Source of the DNA: Candidatus Hydrogenedentota bacterium | GTDB taxonomy: Bacteria; Hydrogenedentota; Hydrogenedentia; Hydrogenedentales; SLHB01 | Assembly: GCA_045863335.1 (NCBI GenBank) | Contig: BTVY01000001.1 | Location: forward strand, 200,671 to 264,670 | DNA: 64,000 bases | Reading direction: 5' to 3' | Part shown: positions 20,035 through 29,763 of the stretch, in pieces | Numbering within the stretch: the stretch's first letter is position 1 | Layout of the letters: every line of letters begins with the position of its first letter | Made by a program: the position numbers and the translations under genes | The notes under the pieces: model-generated | Databases searched by the model: none | Told to the model about the DNA's origin: nothing | The model's input: only the letters and a program-made list of their open reading frames with translations

Positions 20035-20140
20035 GGAAAAATAGGGACTGTTACCATTTAACTTCTGAACGATTGCCTTCTTCTCGATATCTGCGCAGTT
20101 AAATGGTGACTGTCCCTATTTTTCCCCGTCCCTATTTTTC
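20035..20140. repeat. REP-like inverted repeat (GGGAC[AT]GTCACCATTT family)
   Basis: 29-bp arms 20035-20063 and 20097-20125 with 2 mismatches, plus partial copy 20128-20140; related copy at 58266. Confidence 0.85.
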
Positions 20141-20158
20141 TCCACCTGTTTTTCTCCC

Positions 20159-21496
20159 TCATACACTCCACGGCGCGCGCATTGACCGCGAAAGCATCCG
20201 ATTCGCTTCCTCGTCTCCTTCGAACCGCTCCTGCTCGGGGTTCCATTTCAGCCCGCGCCCGAGCAGCAACGCGATGGTGCCCACGTGGCACACGGACGCG
20301 GACCGGTGCCCGATCTCGATGGACGCCGCGGTTTCGCCACGGGTTTTCATGCAGTGCAGGAAGTTCCCGTGGTGATTGTCGCTGGCGTAAAGACGAATCT
20401 CGTTCGGACCCACCGCCGCTTCGGCAACCTTCTCAGGATACGCTTTGATGGCGTCGCTTTCCACATACAGCCATCCTTCGCTTCCCTCAAAGCGCATGCC
20501 CCACTGGGACGTGTCTTCGGTGGCAGTCGAGACCATCTTGACGCCGTTGGCGTAGGTGAACTCGATACGATGATCGATGGGCGCGTCGTAGATGCCTTCT
20601 TCCGGGAACACACCGGTTGCTTCGATGGCGACGGGGCCGGAATGGTCGGTGCCGTTGCCCCACTGGCCGATGTCGTAGTAGTGAGCGCCCCAGTCGGAGA
20701 TGTAGCCTTCGGAGTAGTCCATGATCCAGCGGAAGTTGAAGTGGCAGCGGCCCGGCGTATACGGCGCCCAGGGCGCGGGACCGAGCCACAGGTCGTAGTC
20801 GAACCCCTCGGGGACCGGCTGTGGCGGCGTGTTGGGACCATACTCGCCGCCGCGGATGGCGAAGCCTTTGGGCACACCGATCTGGATCGTCTGCAGTGCG
20901 CCGATGTAGCCGTTGCGAATCAGTTCGCAGGCGCGGCGGCAGCCCTCGCGGGAGCGGCGCCAGGTGCCGGTCTGCAACACGCGGCCGTAGTGATTCACCG
21001 TATCCACCATGGCGCGGCCATCGGCGACGGTTAGCGACACGGGCTTCTCGCAGTAGATGTCCTTGCCGGCGCGCGCGGCGGCAACGGTAATCACCGAATG
21101 CCAGTGGTCGGGCGTTCCTATTGAAACCGCATCAATATCGTCGCGATCGATGATCGCGCGGAAGTCCGTATACGTGGCGCAGCCGGTATCGCCGTAGTGA
21201 TCGTCCACGATCTTCTTGGCGGCGGCGCAGCGTCCCGCGTCGACGTCGCACACAGCGACCACCTGCGCGCCCGCTTGCGCGAGGAATGCCCGCATGTTGC
21301 TCGACCCCTGACCGCCGACACCGATGCAACCGATGGTGATTCGATTGCTCGGGGCCGTCGTCCCGTCCGCGCCCAGGGCGGATGCCGGAACGATCGCAGG
21401 GATTCCCGCCATCGCGGCGGCGGTTGCGGAGGTTCTCAAGAAACTGCGGCGGGATACGGTGTTTTGTGAAAGAGACGTTGGCTCGTACTTCTTCAT
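20159..21496 (-). CDS. Tat-exported Gfo/Idh/MocA oxidoreductase
   Basis: SRRSFLR; IGVGGQG; TPDHWH; CEKP; paralogous to 18652-19998. Confidence 0.92.
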   Translation of the reverse strand: MKKYEPTSLSQNTVSRRSFLRTSATAAAMAGIPAIVPASALGADGTTAPSNRITIGCIGVGGQGSSNMRAFLAQAGAQVVAVCDVDAGRCAAAKKIVDDHYGDTGCATYTDFRAIIDRDDIDAVSIGTPDHWHSVITVAAARAGKDIYCEKPVSLTVADGRAMVDTVNHYGRVLQTGTWRRSREGCRRACELIRNGYIGALQTIQIGVPKGFAIRGGEYGPNTPPQPVPEGFDYDLWLGPAPWAPYTPGRCHFNFRWIMDYSEGYISDWGAHYYDIGQWGNGTDHSGPVAIEATGVFPEEGIYDAPIDHRIEFTYANGVKMVSTATEDTSQWGMRFEGSEGWLYVESDAIKAYPEKVAEAAVGPNEIRLYASDNHHGNFLHCMKTRGETAASIEIGHRSASVCHVGTIALLLGRGLKWNPEQERFEGDEEANRMLSRSMRAPWSV

Positions 21497-21501
21497 AGAC
21501 T

Positions 21502-21924
21502 TCAAATTCCTGCTCCACAGTTTGGGCAACGGTGTGCGCTGCCGTCAACGCGCGTGCCGCAATAGGTGCAACTGCGGTACTGCGGCTCCGGCGAATGCAT
21601 TGCGATCGCTTCGGGCTCGGGACGGTAAAGCTCGACCGGTTCCGGTTCGTCATGAACAACCGCGCCTGGGGCTCCCCCTTTTACAAATGCGATAACGACG
21701 GCCACAAATCCGCTGATGGCCATCATGGTAAACACAATGCCAAACAGCGTGAAGATGACGGGCGCGCCCATAGCCCGTGCCGAGGTCGTCCAGAATAATG
21801 CGAAACCGACGACCATCAGCATTACGATCAATCCTGGGATCAGAACGAGGCGGCCGCCCGGCTGGGTCCCGCGCGAAGCGCCGTAGTGCGTGCGTACCCG
21901 TTGTCTTCGGTGCCGTCGTCCCAT
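21502..21924 (-). CDS. Small two-TM protein with C-terminal zinc ribbon
   Basis: Two hydrophobic helices; CTYC...CPNC; starts 2 nt after prpD stop. Confidence 0.75.
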   Translation of the reverse strand: MGRRHRRQRVRTHYGASRGTQPGGRLVLIPGLIVMLMVVGFALFWTTSARAMGAPVIFTLFGIVFTMMAISGFVAVVIAFVKGGAPGAVVHDEPEPVELYRPEPEAIAMHSPEPQYRSCTYCGTRVDGSAHRCPNCGAGI

Positions 21925-21926
21925 GC

Positions 21927-23447
21927 TTAGAAGATCCCCCGACGATCTCGTTCGGCGCAGCTTAACTCGCCGCCGTCTGCCTTGACGTTCAATTCGCGGA
22001 ACGACGCCGCATCGAGTTCCGGAAGCGATTGCACGCGATCAAGAAACCGTTCCCGCTCCGCGTCGGACACGATGCCTTCGGTAAGCGTGGTGAACTTATT
22101 AATGTAATCCTTCCGCTCAAACGGCCGCGCGCCGAGCGAATGCGCGTTGGCCACGGCAAGCTCGTCCACCAGGGTGTCGCCATTCTTGAATTGAATCTCC
22201 ACGCGACCGCCGAAGGCCTTCTCCTTCGGATCGCTGCTGTGATACCGGCGCGTCCACTCGGGATCTTCGCAGGTGCCGATCTTGTGCCACAGCGCCACCG
22301 TATCCGGGCGCGACGCGCGCTCCGGCGTGTAGCTGTCGACGTGATGCCAGCGGCCGTCCTGCAAGGCAACGGCAAAGATATACATGATGCTGTGATCGAG
22401 CGTTTCCCGGCTAGCCTTCGGGTCCATCTTCTGCGGGTCGTTCGCGCCCGCGCCGATGACGTAATGGGTGTGATGGCTCGTGTGAATCGTGATGAATTCG
22501 ATATTGTCGAGGTTCTCGATGCGCTCGCGCATGCGAAAAGCAAGATCGATGAGCGCCTGCGACTGGTACTCCGCGGAGTGCTCCTTCGTATACGAATCAA
22601 GAATCGCGCGCAACGACTCGCCCGGATCGGGCAGCGGCACTTCATAACGGCTGTCAGGGCCGTCGAGCATATAGGCGAGCACGCTGTCTTCGCCTTCGTA
22701 AATGGGCGACGGACTCTTCTCGCCCCGCATGGCCCGGTCGACGGCCTCGACCGCAAGCTTCCCCGCGTGAGCCGGCGCGTAGGCTTTCCAACTGGAGATC
22801 TCGCCCTTGCGCGACTGGCGCGTGGAGAATGCGACGTGCACGGCCTGTTGAATCGCCTGATAGACCGTATCGGTATCGAGCCCCAGCAACGAACCAATGC
22901 CCGCGGCCTGTGCGGGACAGAGATGGGCGATATGATCCTTCTTGTGGGCGTGCAGGCAAATGCCTTTGACGAGATTGATCTGGATTTCGTACCCGACGAG
23001 GATCGCGCGTATCAGATCTTCCCCGGTGAGGTTGTAGCGGGTTCCACACTGCTGCGCGACCGCGAGAATGGGCGGAATGTTGTCGCCGGGATGGGAGTAG
23101 TCCGCCGCGAGAAAGGTGTCGTGCATGTCCAGTTCGCGGACCGCGGTGCCGTTGGCCCAGGCCGCCCATTCGGCGTCGCAACCAAACGATTTGGAAATGC
23201 CGAAAACCTGCGCGCCGCCTTCACGCGGATGCGCAAGCGCCTGGCTTCGCGCGTTCGCCACGGGCGCGCGATTGATCGCGGCCAAGGCCACCGCGGCATT
23301 GTCGATGATGCGGTTGATGACCATCTCGGACGCCGCGGCGTCCAGCGGCGCGCGATCCGTGGCGATGGCCGCCAGCTTCCATGCGAGTTGATCGTTCTTG
23401 GGCAACGCTTCTTTCGAGCGATACACCCGTACCGAGTGGTTCTTCAT
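21927..23447 (-). CDS. prpD: MmgE/PrpD family 2-methylcitrate dehydratase
   Basis: [47 protein letters not shown]; RBS GGAGG before ATG 23447. Confidence 0.88.
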   Translation of the reverse strand: MKNHSVRVYRSKEALPKNDQLAWKLAAIATDRAPLDAAASEMVINRIIDNAAVALAAINRAPVANARSQALAHPREGGAQVFGISKSFGCDAEWAAWANGTAVRELDMHDTFLAADYSHPGDNIPPILAVAQQCGTRYNLTGEDLIRAILVGYEIQINLVKGICLHAHKKDHIAHLCPAQAAGIGSLLGLDTDTVYQAIQQAVHVAFSTRQSRKGEISSWKAYAPAHAGKLAVEAVDRAMRGEKSPSPIYEGEDSVLAYMLDGPDSRYEVPLPDPGESLRAILDSYTKEHSAEYQSQALIDLAFRMRERIENLDNIEFITIHTSHHTHYVIGAGANDPQKMDPKASRETLDHSIMYIFAVALQDGRWHHVDSYTPERASRPDTVALWHKIGTCEDPEWTRRYHSSDPKEKAFGGRVEIQFKNGDTLVDELAVANAHSLGARPFERKDYINKFTTLTEGIVSDAERERFLDRVQSLPELDAASFRELNVKADGGELSCAERDRRGIF

Positions 23448-23600
23448 CCGCCTCCGTGCAACAAAACCGGTTCGCAGCGATTGGGCACCGTGAGACGCGT
23501 AGTATTGCACTTGACGGCGGGTATTTCCAGAGCGGATATGCGATCAAGCCATCCATGGTTGCGGATCGCACTCGCCGGGCTGTTCTACGGCGCTCCCAGG

Positions 23601-24083
23601 TCAGCGGCGGTTGGCGTGGACGAGATCGTCGAGGCGTTGGAGAAAACGGGAGCGGTCGGTCTTCGCGAAGGGGGCCGGACCGCCGGTCATGGTCCCGTGT
23701 TCGCGCATGTGGGACAGGATTTCGCGGGTGGCCAACGCGTCGCCGATGGAGGCCTCCGTGAACACGCGACCCTTGGGACCTAACGCAAACGCGCCCTGTT
23801 TCAGACACCGCGCGGCAAGCGGGATATCGGCGGTCACCACAATGTCGCGTTCGCGGACATGCTCGACGATCCAATCGTCCGCCGCATCGAAGCCATCATC
23901 CACGACGACGAGTTCGATGCCGTCCTCCTCGGGAACGCGCATCCACGTGTTGGCAACGAGAACGACGCGCAGGCCGTAGCGTTTGGCCACGCGATAGACC
24001 TCGTCCTTCACCGGACAGCCGTCCGCGTCGACGAAGATCGACGGCGGCGTGGCTTCCTCCGAATGCTCGTCGTCGAAGGTCAT
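23601..24083 (-). CDS. YaiI/YqxD (UPF0178) family protein
   Basis: IFVDADGCPVK, DAADDWI, VTADIPLA motifs. Confidence 0.9.
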   Translation of the reverse strand: MTFDDEHSEEATPPSIFVDADGCPVKDEVYRVAKRYGLRVVLVANTWMRVPEEDGIELVVVDDGFDAADDWIVEHVRERDIVVTADIPLAARCLKQGAFALGPKGRVFTEASIGDALATREILSHMREHGTMTGGPAPFAKTDRSRFLQRLDDLVHANRR

Positions 24084-24100
24084 CTACGATAGGTTTCCCT

Positions 24101-24454
24101 CTATGACGAATGGAGCGCGATGCGGTTGCCTTCGCTGTCGAACACGACGGCGCGACTCCCCCACGGCTCGATGGAGCGCGGCGGCTGCAACACTTTCCCG
24201 CCGTTGGCTTCGACTGCCGCAACGGCCGCGTCGAGCCGGCCATCGCAGTTGAAGTACAGGAGCGCGCCGTTGCTGGACGGTTCCATGCCCGGTTTCGAAT
24301 ACAGGCAGCCGGACATCTCCCCCGCTCCGTGTTCGATGACGGCGACGCCGGGACGATCTTCGACGACCTTCGCGTCGAGGACTGCCGAGTAAAACTGGAT
24401 TGCCCGTTTCAGATCGCTGACAGGCAGGTCGAACCAAATCACGCGGTTGGCCAT
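24101..24454 (-). CDS. VOC/glyoxalase family protein
   Basis: VIWFDLPVSD...FY, DSEGNRIALH; RBS AAGGAG. Confidence 0.9.
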   Translation of the reverse strand: MANRVIWFDLPVSDLKRAIQFYSAVLDAKVVEDRPGVAVIEHGAGEMSGCLYSKPGMEPSSNGALLYFNCDGRLDAAVAAVEANGGKVLQPPRSIEPWGSRAVVFDSEGNRIALHSS

Positions 24455-24600
24455 GGATGCTGCTCCTTCGAATTTCCCGCGCGCAACCTCCGTTGCGCCA
24501 CGGCCCCCTATTTGCGCTTGCGCCGGCCTTTCACCGGCGAAGGCTTCCCCCTAACGGTAGCACGAGCGGGTTGGACGCGGCCAATTCTGCGTGCGAGAAC

Positions 24601-24801
24601 TCAGTCGTGGTGATCCGCCGGACGAAGATTCTCGGCATCCGCGAGTTTACCGGCGAGTTGCGCGGGGTTGTGAATGAGAATCGGCAAATGCTGCGGACAG
24701 ATCCACGTACGTTCGCCGCGGTACTCAAGGGGAATCAACGGTGTGGCATCGGAATCGCGTTCGCACGCCAGGCATCGGGGGATCGGTTCGTACTTGGTCA
24801 C
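24601..24801 (-). CDS. Small putative Zn-binding protein (66 aa)
   Basis: CLAC...CPQH; GTG start with RBS AAGGGAG. Confidence 0.65.
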   Translation of the reverse strand: MTKYEPIPRCLACERDSDATPLIPLEYRGERTWICPQHLPILIHNPAQLAGKLADAENLRPADHHD

Positions 24802-24973
24802 GGACTTGTCTCCCTTAGGTTGTCACCAGTGGGCTAAGAATTCATTCTACCCGAGTGGACTTTGGAATGTGAAAAGGGAGTTGCTCGATCGGAGACGCTC
24901 ACTCGCGTCGCCGGCATATTCTCCCTTTCCGTCATTGACCGAGTGGGTCGGCGTATCAAACGAGGTCTGAAAT

Positions 24974-25133
24974 ACATCCCCCTTGATCCCCCTTCAAAGG
25001 GGGAATTTTGCATACCCGCAGTTGTCAGTTTATACAGTGCGACCTGCGCCGAACCCGGGGGCTTTCCTCCTATCTCGCACAACGCGAAGCGTTGTGGGGA
25101 ATTCCCCCATTGAAGGGGGATCAAGGGGGATGT
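24974..25133. repeat. MITE/REPIN-like element, copy 1
   Basis: 32-bp terminal inverted repeats ACATCCCCCTTGATCCCCCTTCAAAGGGGGAA; internal hairpin CACAACGC-GAA-GCGTTGTG at 25078-25096. Confidence 0.85.
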
Positions 25134-25157
25134 TCTTCTCGGTTTATCCCTACACGA

Positions 25158-26837
25158 CTACTTCCGCACGTAGACTTGGTATTCGTAGGTGAGGTTCTTC
25201 TCTTCGCCGGAGGCGAGTTCGATCTCCCAGGTCAACTCGTGTTTCGGATTCGTTTGCTTGAGACCTTTGCCGGTCTGCACGTCTTTGGCCGAGGGCGTCG
25301 TATTCAGGACTTTGCCGGACAACTCTTTCGTGATCTCCATGGTGACGGCCTTGCCGTGGCGGTTTTGGACCCGGAGTTCGCCGCGGAGCGTGACCAAGTC
25401 GTAGGCCCACCCCTGGAAGCTCGTCGCGTTCATAACGCGATCCGTTTCGATCTCCGCCTGTTCCGCGAGGACGTTCATGGCGCGGTTGATCCGGATCGTC
25501 GTTTCGGCGCCGGGCGCGGTGTAGTAGCAGATGTCCTGCCCCGTGAACGCGCCCTTAGTGACGAATTCGGCGGGCGCGGTGGTGAGCGGCATGTCCAAGG
25601 GATTCACGATGCGGCAGGAGTGCCAGACCTCTTCGGGGTTGATGCCTTCCGGCGCGTTGGGCTGACTCTGATAGTGGCCTTCACTATTGAGAAAGTCTGC
25701 AATCTTCCAGGTGTAAATATGCTCGTACGGCATATCGGCCGTGAACAGCGGAATCCAGGCCGTCTCGCCGCGCTTCAGCGTGACCCGATCGACGGGATAG
25801 AGGAAGAGGTCCTCTGCGGAGGCGCCTTCGGCCGCAGTCGAGTACGAGGGCAAGGGCACGTCGCTCGGACTAAAGAATACCGCCGCATTAGACATGACGG
25901 CCTGTTGCATGACCACGTTGCGATTGGATTCGCTCGCGCCGCGAGTCAGGGCTTCGAGAAACTCGGCGAGTTTCTGGCTCTGCGCAACGGGGCTGACGAC
26001 GTCGCTGAACTTGATGTTCGGAAACCCGGTGATCAGTTCCAACTCGACGTCGTCGAGATCGGCCACTTCGTTGATCACCAAGGCGCGCGCGCTGAACCGC
26101 GCCGTCTCGGGGTCGGAGAGGTCGATGCGGTATGCAGGCGACCAGGTAATCCCGCGGGCGAGATAGCTGACTGACACCTGTTCGCCGGCCGAGGGCTTGG
26201 CCAGTTCCATGCGAATGGCGGGCCGTTTCTGGGGGACCGGCACCGTCCCGGAGACGTCGCCGCCTTCCACGTGGGCGCTAACAACGGAGTGGGGATTCAC
26301 CGCGACGATCCCGGATTCGGTTTCGATCATGACGAGTTGGCCGCCGCCCGCCGGGGGCATGAAACGGGTCTCCGCCGTTTCAGGCGAGCGTCCACCCATG
26401 AAGTACGGGTTGGTTTCAGCGGTAGTTCTTACATCGGCGAAGGGCAGGATGGTTCCGTGAATGGGGTCCAACCCTTCCTGCGGCAGGTAGAGCGTCACAC
26501 GCTTCCCCACGTTGCCGTAGAGGAGATCGGCCACGGATTGCGCCGCGCGCTGATCCTCAAAGTCTTCCATGCCTGTGATGAGTGAAAGCAGTCGCAGCTC
26601 TTCTGGGTACGCCACCCAGAAGGTGCCCAGCGACGGTACCGGCAGCTGCCCGAGCCGGACCGTGCTTGCGCCTTCGGGCAGGCTCGCGGAGGCGTTGAAG
26701 TAGCCCAGGCCGTTCTTGAACAGGGCGACTTTCTGGATGGTAACCGGAGCGTTGGCGGGCGAATCCGCGTAGGCGGAAAACGTAATAGCGAGGAGTGCGG
26801 CGGATGCCGTGAACAGGCGACCGATGGGAGCGTGCAT
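25158..26837 (-). CDS. Secreted DUF4139/DUF4140-like protein
   Basis: Signal peptide; VALFKNG; SYLARGITWSPAYRIDL; RBS GAAGGAG before ATG 26837. Confidence 0.7.
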   Translation of the reverse strand: MHAPIGRLFTASAALLAITFSAYADSPANAPVTIQKVALFKNGLGYFNASASLPEGASTVRLGQLPVPSLGTFWVAYPEELRLLSLITGMEDFEDQRAAQSVADLLYGNVGKRVTLYLPQEGLDPIHGTILPFADVRTTAETNPYFMGGRSPETAETRFMPPAGGGQLVMIETESGIVAVNPHSVVSAHVEGGDVSGTVPVPQKRPAIRMELAKPSAGEQVSVSYLARGITWSPAYRIDLSDPETARFSARALVINEVADLDDVELELITGFPNIKFSDVVSPVAQSQKLAEFLEALTRGASESNRNVVMQQAVMSNAAVFFSPSDVPLPSYSTAAEGASAEDLFLYPVDRVTLKRGETAWIPLFTADMPYEHIYTWKIADFLNSEGHYQSQPNAPEGINPEEVWHSCRIVNPLDMPLTTAPAEFVTKGAFTGQDICYYTAPGAETTIRINRAMNVLAEQAEIETDRVMNATSFQGWAYDLVTLRGELRVQNRHGKAVTMEITKELSGKVLNTTPSAKDVQTGKGLKQTNPKHELTWEIELASGEEKNLTYEYQVYVRK

Positions 26838-26880
26838 TGCTGGATCTCCTTCGTGGACTCGGGGATGCCGAGCCGGTTCC

Positions 26881-26916
26881 ATGGACGATATGGACGTTAT
26901 GGACAGTATGGACGAA
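26881..26916. repeat. 9-bp tandem repeat ATGGACNNN x4
   Basis: ATGGACGAT ATGGACGTT ATGGACAGT ATGGACGAA. Confidence 0.85.
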
Positions 26917-27135
26917 GCGGCGTCCGGAGTTGTGAGGAATATGTCAGGCGAATGCAAAAGCCTTCTAAAATGAGAGACGGCGAAGAGGATGCGAAACGAG
27001 GAAGCATCCTTCTGTAGCGTCCGGCTTCCACGCCGGACGGGGCTGGATCCGCAGACCGATCGCTATCCCGCGACGACCTTGTACGAAAGACGCCCGGCAT
27101 GGAACCTCGATCACGCCCGGCGTGGAAGCCGGGCG

Positions 27136-27897
27136 CTACAGGTCTTGCGGCTTTGGTTTCGCCGCGCGAACGACTTCGTCGTAGTCGTACACCGGTGCGA
27201 TCGCTTCGCCGGGCTTGAGGACGAGGAAGTCTTCGTCGTTCCAGTCGCCGTTGACCATCTTGCGGATGAGATCGGTCGACCCTTCGATGACGACGAAGTC
27301 TTTGCCTTGGGCTTCCGCCTTCTGCCGGCACGCGTCCGCGTAGCCCAGGTGCTTGAACTCCGGCACCTCGATAAAGACGACCTTGCCGTCCTGCGGATAG
27401 TCGGGATGGAGCGTATCCCACAGGAACTTCGCGTTCTCCTCGCCATACTGTTCGACGAAGGCTTCGTAGGGAACATCGTAGCCGGAGCGTTCGCGGAACT
27501 CGTCCGTCTCCCGAACGAAATCGCCGCCGTGTTCGAGGTACCCGGCGGAACTGAAGGCCTGGCTGGGGTTGTCCGCGAAGTGTTCCTTCATCCGCTGCTT
27601 CGAACCGAGGAAGAGCGTGCAGCAATCGTGCGCGCGCGGAATGACCAACGGCGCGCCGTGGCTCACCAACCCGACCGTCGCGTTGCCGCAAAGGCCGAGT
27701 CCGAGGACGATGGCGTCGTACTCTTTACCGGAATCGTTGGCGGCATCGATGCTGCGTTGAATGAGACCGCGCAGGTAGCCGGGTTCGTTGTGGGCGCCCT
27801 TCGGCGTGAACTCGAGATCGATCACATGCGGGCTCGTCGCCACGCAATGACAGATCTCCCGGGTGAACACTTCGCAGGCTATGAGTTTGAGAAGCAT
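27136..27897 (-). CDS. DUF1638 domain protein
   Basis: LIACEVF, LGLCGNA, IPRAHDCCTLFLGS motifs. Confidence 0.8.
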   Translation of the reverse strand: MLLKLIACEVFTREICHCVATSPHVIDLEFTPKGAHNEPGYLRGLIQRSIDAANDSGKEYDAIVLGLGLCGNATVGLVSHGAPLVIPRAHDCCTLFLGSKQRMKEHFADNPSQAFSSAGYLEHGGDFVRETDEFRERSGYDVPYEAFVEQYGEENAKFLWDTLHPDYPQDGKVVFIEVPEFKHLGYADACRQKAEAQGKDFVVIEGSTDLIRKMVNGDWNDEDFLVLKPGEAIAPVYDYDEVVRAAKPKPQDL

Positions 27898-27912
27898 GGC
27901 GCGGAATTGTAA

Positions 27913-28656
27913 CTACTCAGGCACCGGATGGTCCAGCGAAGCAATCGCGCGCAGTCCCGAGATGAAGGCGTCGGTCTTCGGAAATTCGCTCCCCAGCGTC
28001 ACAACGCTACGGGTTCCGTCCAAGTAGCAGACCGTCCCTCCGCGATGATTCAGACCCGGCCATTCGACAAGGATGGGAACCTTCCGGTCCCCTCCGGATT
28101 CCTGAAGCGCTTCGTTTGTCAACTTGATGCGAGGAAGCACGCGTTGCTCCCCGTCGATGGTAACGACGAGATCCTCATCGCGCTTCTCGAGATCGAGCGT
28201 CTTGTACGCATCAATGAAGGCCAGGCCCTCCTCCTCCGATCGGATGGCCCAGGGGAGATAGCAGAAACTGTCATCATTGAATGCCGCGACCCCCAAATCG
28301 TCGTTCTTATCGGAAACTTCCGGAGGTCTACGCGCCGGACTGTATTCGCACTGAACCCAGCATGAATTGTCCAGGTACTCGGGATAGAACCCGGCAGGGT
28401 CGATTATCAGGTTTCCACGGATATCGCTAATAGGCGGCACGGCGCCATCGTGACTCTCGGCATAGTTTTTCAGCGCGTCGTATACGTGCCAAACATCATT
28501 CGGGCAACTTGCCGCCCGTGATCGACTTCGCAACTCACCCAACCCGAAGTAGGTACCGGCGACGCACACCAACACGACGATTAGGCACCCAAGCGCGGTA
28601 CGAGTCTTGGCAGGACGTGAACTCGTCGACTGCGATTCATTGCCTTCATGGTTCAT
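27913..28656 (-). CDS. Membrane-anchored DUF1559/H-X9-DG-type protein
   Basis: N-terminal TM helix; SRAASCPN...ALKNYAESHDG; NHRGGTVCYLDG; start taken at ATG 28656. Confidence 0.6.
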   Translation of the reverse strand: MNHEGNESQSTSSRPAKTRTALGCLIVVLVCVAGTYFGLGELRSRSRAASCPNDVWHVYDALKNYAESHDGAVPPISDIRGNLIIDPAGFYPEYLDNSCWVQCEYSPARRPPEVSDKNDDLGVAAFNDDSFCYLPWAIRSEEEGLAFIDAYKTLDLEKRDEDLVVTIDGEQRVLPRIKLTNEALQESGGDRKVPILVEWPGLNHRGGTVCYLDGTRSVVTLGSEFPKTDAFISGLRAIASLDHPVPE

Positions 28657-28697
28657 CAATTCAGTCACGTTCTGCGACCCTATTCTACAAGCGATAC

Positions 28698-29051
28698 TTA
28701 CGTTATAAAGCGCATTGTCAAGGGGTAGCGGTAGTATTCGCCGCGGTTCGCGGCGACGGCGGCAAGGATGGCGAACACGAGGTGCATGATGAACAGCGCG
28801 AGCAGCAGCACAAACCCGACGAGAATGAAACACAGGATCGCGGAAATGAACCCGTAGATGGTCATCGAGATCTGAAAATTTAGTGCCTCTTTACCCTGGT
28901 CGTCGACAAAAGGGAATTCGTCCTTCTTGATGATCCAGATGACGAGGGGTCCAATGATGTTGCCGAACGGCACACCCACATACGCACACAAGGTCGACAA
29001 GTGCGCCGCCATCGCCCAGGTCCGCGCTTGGCTCAGTTCGTTGTCTGCCAT
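28698..29051 (-). CDS. DUF4870 membrane protein
   Basis: WAMAAHLS, GPLVIW, GKEALNFQIS, YRYP. Confidence 0.88.
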   Translation of the reverse strand: MADNELSQARTWAMAAHLSTLCAYVGVPFGNIIGPLVIWIIKKDEFPFVDDQGKEALNFQISMTIYGFISAILCFILVGFVLLLALFIMHLVFAILAAVAANRGEYYRYPLTMRFIT

Positions 29052-29151
29052 GCTTGGGTCCTCCTCTCCCCGGAATCGCTATCTGTCGGCAACACTTCCT
29101 TGCGCCATAGTAGGTCTCGGCAGCGGGCGCGTCAAAATCTAATTTCACCAA

Positions 29152-29763
29152 TCACCGCAAGTTCGCTGCAAACTCAATGGCGATTAGCCCGATACAAAGG
29201 CAAATGGAAACAACGACCGCCTTCCGGTTCACGGTTCCGTTCGCGTCGCCCAGACCGAAGTGCGGTCCCTGGCGGTGCCAGAGGTAGAGGCCGAGCGGTG
29301 CCGTCGCAAGCCCGAAGAGAACCATCAACCAGCGGGGCGTTCCATGCGTGATCATGACGGCCGTATCAGCGCCGCCGGTGGAGGGTCCAAAGGCGATGTA
29401 GACCCCGTTCACAATGAGGCAGAAGCCCGCGAAGAACCGGAAAAGGTACAGGCCGGGCATTCGCACCACATACGCGAGAAGCAAGGCTGCGAGTGGAATC
29501 AACACCCCGACCACCGGCCCGCCCCAGACCTCCACGAGGGGATACGGATTGTCGCCGATCTCTGTACTGGAGATGATGAGCGGGTGAAGGTACACCTTGA
29601 TAATTTCCGCTCCGGTGGCAAGCGCGGCAGCAATGTGGCCCAGTTCGTGGACCACCTGCATCGCGAGCCACGAGAAGGTAAGGAAGGAGAGGATCAATAC
29701 GATTTGCTCAGTTCGACTCGCGTGAACCGATTCAGATTTCGACGACGTGCCCAAGGACTTCAC
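29152..29763 (-). CDS. M50-like membrane metallopeptidase
   Basis: HELGH in TM context, GGP and GGAD motifs; GTG start overlaps upstream stop (GTGA). Confidence 0.65.
   Translation of the reverse strand: MKSLGTSSKSESVHASRTEQIVLILSFLTFSWLAMQVVHELGHIAAALATGAEIIKVYLHPLIISSTEIGDNPYPLVEVWGGPVVGVLIPLAALLLAYVVRMPGLYLFRFFAGFCLIVNGVYIAFGPSTGGADTAVMITHGTPRWLMVLFGLATAPLGLYLWHRQGPHFGLGDANGTVNRKAVVVSICLCIGLIAIEFAANLR

Noticed and set aside
21927-23447. Methylcitrate cycle operon
   Set aside because: Only prpD is present; no prpB or prpC neighbours in the window.
22029-23783. 584-aa plus-strand ORF (similarly 49810-51528 and 60701-62134)
   Set aside because: Antisense to well-supported genes (prpD, DUF3604 protein, mnmG).
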